This document shows, piece after piece, positions 56,782 through 64,000 of a DNA stretch of 64,000 nucleotides. The number at the start of each line of letters is the position of its first letter. The first letter of the stretch is position 1. The notes below the pieces were generated by a model that searched no databases, had not been told where the DNA came from, and saw only the letters and a program-made list of their open reading frames with translations. The stretch covers positions 576,001 to 640,000 of the forward strand of contig OY776562.1 in NCBI GenBank assembly GCA_963675785.1. The letters are read 5' to 3'. A program made the position numbers and the translations under genes. This DNA is from Anaerolineae bacterium. Lineage in GTDB: Bacteria; Chloroflexota; Anaerolineae; UBA1429.

Positions 56782-57557
56782 GCGTGTGGGTCCTCCGAGT
56801 GAGGGAGTGCAAAGACGCGGTGAGGCACCCCATGGGCGATCAGGTCGACTGGGCAGTGATAGGCCTCATCGATCATTTCGGGCGTGAGCTGCTTGTCGTG
56901 GTGGTAAAACAGTTTGCGGCTCATACAGCCTACCGTTTTGACAAAGGAAGAGATCGTGCCGATGTCATGCGAGATAAGCAGAATGGCAATTTTCTCGTTC
57001 AATTCAGAAAGGAGCTGGTAGACGCTGGCGCGACCTTCAATATCGATACTGGCCGTAGGCTCGTCCAGCAACAACACATGGGGATCGGCAGCAAGTGCTC
57101 TGGCGATATACACACGCTGCCGCTGACCGCCCGAAAGCTCTCCAATTGGCCTGGAGGCCAGGCCCAGCATGCCCACGCGATCCAGTGCCCTTTCGATGCT
57201 CTCGCGTTCCTCACGTGTTTGCCGATGAAACACACTGTTTCGCCCGGTCTGCGACATTTCTACGACTTGCCGAACGTTGATGGGAAACTGGTGATCGAAA
57301 TGGGCATATTGCGGTACGTACCCCAGACGATTCCGGCCTTCTTCGGGGGTTTTGCCTTCGATGGTTACAATACCCTGACGCACAGGCAAAAGCCCCAGGA
57401 TGACTTTGAGAAGCGTCGATTTACCGCCGCCATTAGGCCCCACAATGCCAATGAAATCCAGGGGCATGATATCCAGGTTGATATCTTCCAGAACGATGCT
57501 TTGATCGTAACCAGCATAGACGTGATTCAAACGAATGAGGGGCGTGTTAGCATCCAT
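56778..57557 (-). CDS. znuC: Zn/Mn ABC transporter ATPase
   Basis: GPNGGGKST, GYVPQ, LSGGQ, LLDEP, His-rich tail. Confidence 0.88.
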   Translation of the reverse strand: MDANTPLIRLNHVYAGYDQSIVLEDINLDIMPLDFIGIVGPNGGGKSTLLKVILGLLPVRQGIVTIEGKTPEEGRNRLGYVPQYAHFDHQFPINVRQVVEMSQTGRNSVFHRQTREERESIERALDRVGMLGLASRPIGELSGGQRQRVYIARALAADPHVLLLDEPTASIDIEGRASVYQLLSELNEKIAILLISHDIGTISSFVKTVGCMSRKLFYHHDKQLTPEMIDEAYHCPVDLIAHGVPHRVFALPHSEDPHA

Positions 57558-57993
57558 GGCTTTTCCCGTTTTCGGCCTGCTTGCTTTGGCATTCGGGGCA
57601 GATTCCACCCAACTGCAGCAGGTGTTCACTGACGATAAAGCCCGTATCCTTTTCGACTTGATTGATCACGTCGACGATATCGTCATCGCCGTGGAATTCG
57701 ACCGTCTTACCACACTCGATGCAGATGAGCGGATGTAGGTGCCCCAACGTGGCGGGCGCATAGCGGATCGTGCCATCGTACTGAATGAGGCGCACCACAC
57801 CAATCTCGGCAAACAAATTGAGCGTGCGGTACACTGTGGCCAAACCCAGATTGGGATATGACTGACGTGCTGTTTCCAACACTTGCTCAGGGCTTTGGGG
57901 TTTATCGCAACATCTCAGGGCATCTATGATCGCCTGGCGGGGTCGTGTGATGCGCTTGCCCGAATCGGCCAATATCTTTTTCCAAGTGTTCAT
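57547..57993 (-). CDS. Fur-family regulator (probably Zur)
   Basis: RITRPR, LATVYRTL, HPLICIECG, GICPEC; first gene of the znuCB operon. Confidence 0.88.
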   Translation of the reverse strand: MNTWKKILADSGKRITRPRQAIIDALRCCDKPQSPEQVLETARQSYPNLGLATVYRTLNLFAEIGVVRLIQYDGTIRYAPATLGHLHPLICIECGKTVEFHGDDDIVDVINQVEKDTGFIVSEHLLQLGGICPECQSKQAENGKSHGC

Positions 57994-58005
57994 AATTTGT
58001 TCCTT

Positions 58006-58053
58006 TTGAAAAAGTCTATCAACTAGTGTAGTGCGCCGAGCGTTTTACGTCAA
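58006..58053 (-). promoter_or_regulatory. zur-znuCB promoter with Fur/Zur-like box
   Basis: TTGACG-N17-TACACT on the minus strand; imperfect inverted repeat TTGAAAAAGTCTATCAA at 58006-22. Confidence 0.55.
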
Positions 58054-58130
58054 GAGGGCTCAGGAGTGAGCTTGTCACTTATCAGGCGAAAGCATAGAAT
58101 GGGCAGAGATAGCTAGTATGAAGGAGAGCC

Positions 58131-59306
58131 ATGTGCGCCACTGAATTGCCACTTCGTTATGGCATGAACCCACATCAGAAACCGGCCCGTGTTTTCAACG
58201 AGAATGGCGAGCTTCCCTTTGCTGTACTGGGAGGCGCGCCCGGTTATATCAATCTACTAGATGCATTGAATGCCTGGCAGCTTGTGCGCGAGCTCAAAGA
58301 GGCGTTGAGCTTACCCGCAGCGGCATCTTTCAAACATGTCAGCCCGGCAGGCGCTGCAGTGGCTATTCCCCTCAGCATAGCCGAAGCGCAGGCTTGTTTT
58401 GTGGATGATCTGGGGCTCTCGCCTTTGGCTACGGCTTATGCGCGGGCCAGGGGAGCAGACCGCATGTCCTCTTTTGGCGATTTCATCGCCCTCTCGGATG
58501 TGTGCGACGTGGCTACGGCCAATATCATCCGCCGCGAGGTTTCGGATGGCGTTATTGCTCCGGGGTATGACCCCGAGGCCTTGGAGATGCTGCGCGGCAA
58601 ACGTGGTGGCAATTATTGCGTGCTGCAGATGGACCCCGATTATGTGCCCGCTCAGATGGAGCAGCGCCAGGTGTTCGGGTTGACGCTGGAGCAAAAGCGC
58701 GATGATGCTCGTATCGAAGAGGGGCTTTTTGGCAACATTGTCACGCAGTCCCACGATTTGCCCGACACGGCCGTGCGCGATCTGTTGGTGGCTACCATCG
58801 CTCTCAAATACATCCAGTCCAATTCGGTGTGCTTTGCTTACAACGGTCAGATCACCGGTGCTGGCGCCGGCCAGCAATCGCGGGTGCACTGTACCCGACT
58901 GGCGGGTGATAAATCGGATCGCTGGTTCTTGCGGCAACACCCGCGCGTACTTGAATTCCAGTTCGCCAAAAAGCTCAAGCGAGCCGACCGCAATAACGCC
59001 ATCGATTTGTTCTTTGTGGATGATCTGACGCCCTCTGAGCAGGCCGTCTGGGAAACCTGTTTTGAGGTGGTGCCCGAGCGACTGTCTTGGGAAGAAAAAC
59101 AAGCCTGGCTGAACCGTTCTGCCGAGGTGGCTCTCAGTTCTGACGCCTATTTCCCCTTTCGCGATTCTATCGATCGTGCCTCGCGAAGCGGTGTGCGCTA
59201 TGTGGCCCAGCCCGGCGGCTCGGTGCAGGATGAGGGCGTCATTGCTGCCGCTGATGAATACGGTATGACCATGTGCTTAACCGGGACGCGGCTGTTTCAC
59301 CACTAG
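58131..59306 (+). CDS. AICAR transformylase (PurH C-terminal domain only)
   Basis: LRYGMNPHQ at the N-terminus, [27 protein letters not shown]; no IMP cyclohydrolase domain. Confidence 0.92.
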   Translation: MCATELPLRYGMNPHQKPARVFNENGELPFAVLGGAPGYINLLDALNAWQLVRELKEALSLPAAASFKHVSPAGAAVAIPLSIAEAQACFVDDLGLSPLATAYARARGADRMSSFGDFIALSDVCDVATANIIRREVSDGVIAPGYDPEALEMLRGKRGGNYCVLQMDPDYVPAQMEQRQVFGLTLEQKRDDARIEEGLFGNIVTQSHDLPDTAVRDLLVATIALKYIQSNSVCFAYNGQITGAGAGQQSRVHCTRLAGDKSDRWFLRQHPRVLEFQFAKKLKRADRNNAIDLFFVDDLTPSEQAVWETCFEVVPERLSWEEKQAWLNRSAEVALSSDAYFPFRDSIDRASRSGVRYVAQPGGSVQDEGVIAAADEYGMTMCLTGTRLFHH

Positions 59307-59314
59307 GAGAGTCA

Positions 59315-59851
59315 ATGGTTTCTTTATTCCAGTCTGAGCGGATTCGCCTGGCTGCGCCGACAAACGCCGATGCGCCGGTCGTCGCTTCTTGGTTCGAAAA
59401 CGACGAATTCTGTCGTTCTTTTGATGCTCGTGCCGCAATGCCCCGTACCACAGAGCAGATCTTGACCGAGTTTCAAGAGGCCAGTGAAAGCAAGAACGCT
59501 TACAAGTTTGCCTTTCGTTTGTGCGGCGATGACGTGTTGATCGGCATTGGCGATATTGAGAGCATTCTTTGGACTCACCGCGTAGGCTGGGTGAGCTTGG
59601 CACTGGGGCCAGCGTATTGGGGGCAAGGGTATGGCACTGAGGCCCTGCAATTGCTGTTGCGTTATGCCTTTTGCGAATTGAACCTGTATCGTTTACAGCT
59701 TACCGTGTTCGATGATAATGCGCGGGCACTGGCTCTTTATCGCAAGGCGGGCTTTCAAGATGAGGGTGTTTTTCGCAAGTTCTTGCTGCGTGACGGCAAA
59801 CGCCACAGCATGTTACTGATGGGCCTGCTGGCCGACGAATGGCGTGGCTAG
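59315..59851 (+). CDS. GNAT N-acetyltransferase (RimJ/RimL-like)
   Basis: YWGQGYGTEA, NARALALYRKAGF.DEG. Confidence 0.88.
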   Translation: MVSLFQSERIRLAAPTNADAPVVASWFENDEFCRSFDARAAMPRTTEQILTEFQEASESKNAYKFAFRLCGDDVLIGIGDIESILWTHRVGWVSLALGPAYWGQGYGTEALQLLLRYAFCELNLYRLQLTVFDDNARALALYRKAGFQDEGVFRKFLLRDGKRHSMLLMGLLADEWRG

Positions 59852-59900
59852 ACTTGATGACCGAGTGGATTCGCAATGACGAATGAGGGGGGCGTGTAGC

Positions 59901-60413
59901 ATGCCAGAATTGACTGTGTGTGATATTTGCGCTCAATCGGCAGGACCGTTTGAAGAACGCCGACTATACTCAGCCAGGCGAGAGGAAAAGCGTAAAGATG
60001 CCACTTGGTCTACATCAAGGGTGGTGCTGCACCTGGGCGATTTCAAGGCGGAGACGATTCGCGTCTGTCCTGAATGTCGGCGGCGCGCCACATGGTTCTA
60101 TCTTGGCCCTGTGCTGGTTGCAGTAGCACTACTGGTTCTGGCGGTGTTGTGGTTCTTTATCGCACCGCTTATCGCTTCCAATCTAGATGATGCCCATCGC
60201 GTGTGGCCTTTTCTCATTCCTGTCATCGCCATCTTTAGTGTGCGCCCTTACATTCGCCACAAGGCAGGTTCACCGGATGCCAACCTGGCCGAGAATCCTG
60301 TCGAGATGTTCTCGCTAGATTTCTACCTGGTCACGCGGTTGATGGAGAAACATCATGATCGTATTTACTGGACGGCCAAGTCGTACAAGCGCTATAAGAA
60401 AAAGTTTCAATAG
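59901..60413 (+). CDS. Hypothetical membrane protein with CxxC...CxxC
   Basis: CDIC, CPEC, two TM helices, basic tail. Confidence 0.6.
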   Translation: MPELTVCDICAQSAGPFEERRLYSARREEKRKDATWSTSRVVLHLGDFKAETIRVCPECRRRATWFYLGPVLVAVALLVLAVLWFFIAPLIASNLDDAHRVWPFLIPVIAIFSVRPYIRHKAGSPDANLAENPVEMFSLDFYLVTRLMEKHHDRIYWTAKSYKRYKKKFQ

Positions 60414-60425
60414 GAGACGGATATT

Positions 60426-60869
60426 ATGCTAAAATCGCCCCTCACGCATCCCGAAATCCTGGAAGCTTTGGGCAAAGCGGGCCACGGCTCGCAGGTGCTT
60501 ATTGCTGATGGCAACTATCCTTTTTCTACAGGTGCCAACCCGGCGGCGAGGACGGTATTCCTCAATCTGACACGCGGTTTTGCTCCCGTCGACGAGGTGC
60601 TGGCTGTGCTGCATCAGGCTATTGTTGTCGAGGCTGCTCACGTGATGCGCCCGGCCGATGGCAACGACGCCCCCATCTTTGATGCCTTTCGTGAGATTCT
60701 GGGGTCGGAGCTGCCACTTGAATATTACGAGCGTTTTGATTTCTACGATGCGGCTCGCAAGCCGGATGTGGCTCTAGTCATTGCCACCGGCGAGCAGCGT
60801 ATCTATGCCAACATTCTGTTGACCCTTGGTGTGGTCATGGAAGAAGGCTGGGATCGCCCCATCAAATAA
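60426..60869 (+). CDS. RbsD/FucU-family sugar mutarotase
   Basis: GHGSQVLIADGNYP, ERFDFY, TGEQRIYANILL. Confidence 0.9.
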   Translation: MLKSPLTHPEILEALGKAGHGSQVLIADGNYPFSTGANPAARTVFLNLTRGFAPVDEVLAVLHQAIVVEAAHVMRPADGNDAPIFDAFREILGSELPLEYYERFDFYDAARKPDVALVIATGEQRIYANILLTLGVVMEEGWDRPIK

Positions 60870-60881
60870 GAGGATAAAACC

Positions 60882-60912
60882 AAAGGGGCCGGACATGTGT
60901 CCGGCCCCTTTT
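60882..60912. terminator. Bidirectional terminator
   Basis: AAAGGGGCCGGACA-TG-TGTCCGGCCCCTTTT. Confidence 0.8.
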
Positions 60913-62070
60913 TCATGCTTGTGCGTTTCCGCTTGCATCCATCAACGCGTTGGGCTGCCGCCAGACAATGCGGGCTAGCCACACGGTGTTATCGCTGCCG
61001 TAACGTTCACAACCCAGAGGCTGCATCCACTCGGCATCGAAAATCCAGGTTTCCTGCGGGCTAATGTTACAGACGCCAAAGTTGCCCAGGCGCGCGCCGC
61101 GCTCAGGGATGGCGATGCGCTCTGTATCGCGGATGACGCAGAGCCGTTCGGGGTCGACTTGGCCAATGAACAAGGGGGCACGATGGCGAAAGACGTGATC
61201 GTTGTTGGCGCCGCGCCGCGTATACAGCAAGAATAGGCCCCCGCTGTGGGTTACCCAGTGGGTTTGGGTGTTATAGTTGCCCAACTCTTGACCATCGTCG
61301 AACTGCCAGGGAATCATGGCCTCGTAATGCAGGCCGTCGTTGCTGGCGGATACCCAACTGCCGTCGTCGTCGCGTATGGTCATGTAATAGCGATTGCCAA
61401 ATCGCGTCATCGAGGGTTCACAGGAGCCGCGCGCAGCTGGGGCGACGAGTTCGTTGCCCAATTCTTCATAGATGAGTTCTTCGCCGTCGAAACTGCAGCG
61501 CATCACCGCGGCGGCGTTTTGCAGATTACCCCTACTGTGTAGATAGATCGGCAGCAAAATACGGCCGTCGGGTAGATCGTACCGCTGGGTCGAACCCGCA
61601 CCGACGCTGAAAAAACGCTCTTCTGTTGGAGTCTCGATGGTGCGCCAGGGAGCCCAGGTGTTACTGGCAGCATCTAACACCGAATAGGCGATTCCTCGGG
61701 GGCGTGGTTCAGGCATGACGCGATTATTGACATAATATACAACTTGCCCCGTGCCCAACAGTTTACTGCTGGCAGCGTGCCATTGTGGCGTGAAATCGCA
61801 GATACACGAGACGATACCACCACCCTCTTCTCGACGACCTAGTCCGTTTTGCTCGATTGGGGAACTCCATGTGGCCCCCAAGTCGTCCGTCTCTACCTGA
61901 TTGAGGGCATAGAACACGTCACTTGCTTCAAGCAGCAGTTTTTGCAGGGTCACCACCACGCGCGGTTTGTCCCCGGGGATGATCCCACCACGGGCGTGTA
62001 CCCAGCAAGTCTCGCCGTCGAATCCACTGCAAACAGGCTCGGTGTGCAGGGTGTAATCCAGCTTGCTCAT
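60913..62070 (-). CDS. Sialidase-like (BNR/Asp-box) beta-propeller hydrolase
   Basis: TDDLGATW and SNDGLHY Asp-boxes, CEPS, RHRAPL. Confidence 0.7.
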   Translation of the reverse strand: MSKLDYTLHTEPVCSGFDGETCWVHARGGIIPGDKPRVVVTLQKLLLEASDVFYALNQVETDDLGATWSSPIEQNGLGRREEGGGIVSCICDFTPQWHAASSKLLGTGQVVYYVNNRVMPEPRPRGIAYSVLDAASNTWAPWRTIETPTEERFFSVGAGSTQRYDLPDGRILLPIYLHSRGNLQNAAAVMRCSFDGEELIYEELGNELVAPAARGSCEPSMTRFGNRYYMTIRDDDGSWVSASNDGLHYEAMIPWQFDDGQELGNYNTQTHWVTHSGGLFLLYTRRGANNDHVFRHRAPLFIGQVDPERLCVIRDTERIAIPERGARLGNFGVCNISPQETWIFDAEWMQPLGCERYGSDNTVWLARIVWRQPNALMDASGNAQA

Positions 62071-63908
62071 TGGGCTTTCTCCTCGTGTGGCGAACGGATG
62101 CGCAATAGGGCGTGGCAGGGAGAGCCGATGTTGTCGCCTTGCCAGGTGATACAAAAGGGCACCACGGTCGTGCCGGGGACAGCATCATCAGGAATGGAGA
62201 TCGTGGTGCGCAGGGCAATCTCTCTGTGAGGCGGCACAGTTGCTTCCAGAGTTTGCACTGGTGTCGGCCAGCCCTTGGGCAATTCAGGTCGGGCGATGAT
62301 GTGTCCTGGCTCAGCGCTGTGGTTCATGATGACCAGCGCTAGATCGACGCTGCTACCTGCAAACGCACGCTGTTCGTAAGGATAGATGTGGGCCCAGGCA
62401 GGATCCAACGCGAAATTCGGGTCATCCCAAGGCGTCAAGGCTGCGGCCAGGGTATAGCGTTGGGTCAGATTGCGTTCCAGCCAGTTCAATTGGGTCTCGT
62501 CAAAGCGAAAGGCCATCTCCTGGTGCTGATTGACGATGTGCGTGATCTGGTAGTGGCGTACCAACTCCAGGCAACGCGTCATACCTGTGTTTGGGCCCAA
62601 CCAGTTACGATTGCCGCAACAGTAATCATCCAACCCGGTGGGGGAAAAGGTGTCGCCGCAGAGCAGCAGGCGGGCGCCGTGTCCCTCGACCAACAATCCA
62701 GCATCGTAAAGAGTTTGGCCAGGCAGGTCGAGACAAGTGAGCCGATATTCGTGCCAAAGCCAGCTTTCATCATGAGCATAACTGGTAATAGGCGGTGCTG
62801 GAGCGTGGCTCTGATAGGGTAAAAACCAAGCCGTTGGATCATTGCTGATCTCGGCGGTGGTACGATTGCTCAATAGCCTGCAATTTTGCTCTATTACCAA
62901 CTGTCCCAGAGCATCTGTGTGATCATCGTGATAGTGGGTTATCCAGCAGCATTCGACGGCTCCAATCTGCCCTTCCTGTTGCCAGCAGGTCAGTATTTCG
63001 CTTACCGTCGGGCTACCGCAATCGATCAGCAGCACCGCACCATCATCGGCACATAGGGCAAAGCTGGTGGTGCGAGGCAGACGGCGCAAATAATCGGGTG
63101 GTGGCAGTGTTGGAGCTTCAGGCAAGTATTTGGCTTGCGCTTTGGCAGGCACCAGCAAATCCGGGAAATAGTGATTCAAGGCTGAAGCCCCCACATAGTT
63201 ATCCCAGAGAGCATCAAGGCGCTCGCTCAACTTGTGAATGGCTGCTGCAGGAGCGTGCACTAGTGGCCCCCGTGAAGGTACGATAATATCCGGTTTTAGG
63301 GCGGCAATACGGGCCAGGCTTGCTTGCCAGAGGGGCCTCGCACCCATAAAGCCGTGATAATCTGACACACAGCCAAAGCCCTTTTGCAGCATGTGCAGCG
63401 CCCACACTTGGCCGTCGCCGCAGATGAGATCGCCGCAAAAGACAATGCGCTGGCCGTCCACCTCGACTATATAACTGACAGCACCATCGCTGGGGCCGGG
63501 CGTATCCGCCACGGTGATGGTTGCTGGCCCGGCACCAAAGCTCTCGCCACCGCGTACTATGTGGCTGATAGCGACGGGATTGGGCAGCGCCTCAGCCCCT
63601 GGCCGCTGGTGGTAGGTATGGTAGCGATTGCGCCAGTTGCCCCAGTAGGTAGCTGTTTCCTCAAAAAGGTGGCGTTCGTTTTCGGGGCAGACGATGTCGA
63701 CGCCAGTGGGAGCGCTTAGTGCACCGCCTACAGCCGAGCGGTTATGGTGTGTGCAATAGATGGTTTGTGGTGCAGGCACACCTGATAATAATTCCTCGTG
63801 GCCGCTGCACCAGTTAAAGAGAATGCTGTTTTCACCATTGAGCAAAATGCCCGTGCGCAGGCCATCCTCGTATAGCATAATGTGTTCGGTTAGACGATTG
63901 AGCACCAC
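62067..63908 (-). CDS. Tandem metallo-beta-lactamase-fold hydrolase
   Basis: Degenerate first MBL domain (THHNRSA, TPGPS, FCGD); second domain with THYHDDH, PGQT, CGD. Confidence 0.75.
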   Translation of the reverse strand: MVLNRLTEHIMLYEDGLRTGILLNGENSILFNWCSGHEELLSGVPAPQTIYCTHHNRSAVGGALSAPTGVDIVCPENERHLFEETATYWGNWRNRYHTYHQRPGAEALPNPVAISHIVRGGESFGAGPATITVADTPGPSDGAVSYIVEVDGQRIVFCGDLICGDGQVWALHMLQKGFGCVSDYHGFMGARPLWQASLARIAALKPDIIVPSRGPLVHAPAAAIHKLSERLDALWDNYVGASALNHYFPDLLVPAKAQAKYLPEAPTLPPPDYLRRLPRTTSFALCADDGAVLLIDCGSPTVSEILTCWQQEGQIGAVECCWITHYHDDHTDALGQLVIEQNCRLLSNRTTAEISNDPTAWFLPYQSHAPAPPITSYAHDESWLWHEYRLTCLDLPGQTLYDAGLLVEGHGARLLLCGDTFSPTGLDDYCCGNRNWLGPNTGMTRCLELVRHYQITHIVNQHQEMAFRFDETQLNWLERNLTQRYTLAAALTPWDDPNFALDPAWAHIYPYEQRAFAGSSVDLALVIMNHSAEPGHIIARPELPKGWPTPVQTLEATVPPHREIALRTTISIPDDAVPGTTVVPFCITWQGDNIGSPCHALLRIRSPHEEKAQ

Positions 63909-64000
63909 GAACCTCCAAAGTTAGGATTGGTGCAAGGTTATCACGCCTCATATTGCTTTTCAACGGCAAAACCGAGCGAGTATCTGTTGCGTATAGAGAG

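Noticed and set aside
56769-57632. 287-aa plus-strand ORF
   Set aside because: Antisense shadow of the ABC ATPase

Overview
A 64-kb chromosomal segment of a moderately GC-rich bacterium, probably Chloroflexota/Anaerolineae (inferred from gene content, not proven). It is gene-dense, about 50 CDS plus tRNA-Val(TAC), with no CRISPR, rRNA, transposase or integrase. Housekeeping genes (polA, argS, smc, scpB, rnc, glucokinase, class I FBA, Rex, Zur-ZnuCB, AICAR transformylase) are mixed with carbohydrate/sulfatase, lipid-modification and secreted-protein genes. Highlights: (1) a long, eukaryote/Thaumarchaeota-type topoisomerase IB with an intact catalytic pentad, Ser at the camptothecin-resistance position and an extra GNAT-like C-terminal domain; (2) a probable highly diverged sortase (His/Cys/Arg) next to an LPHTG-tailed secreted protein and a secreted transglutaminase, a possible undescribed surface-anchoring/cross-linking module; (3) a gene pair after tRNA-Val with winged-helix and B3-like repeats; (4) an SbcCD-like pair whose ATPase has a transmembrane hairpin instead of a zinc hook; (5) readable cis-regulation: Rex boxes, a TetR palindrome, a Zur-like box, an ECF promoter and 11-bp phased direct repeats at identical spacing in two promoters. 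All family calls come from motif recognition by eye; no database searches were run.
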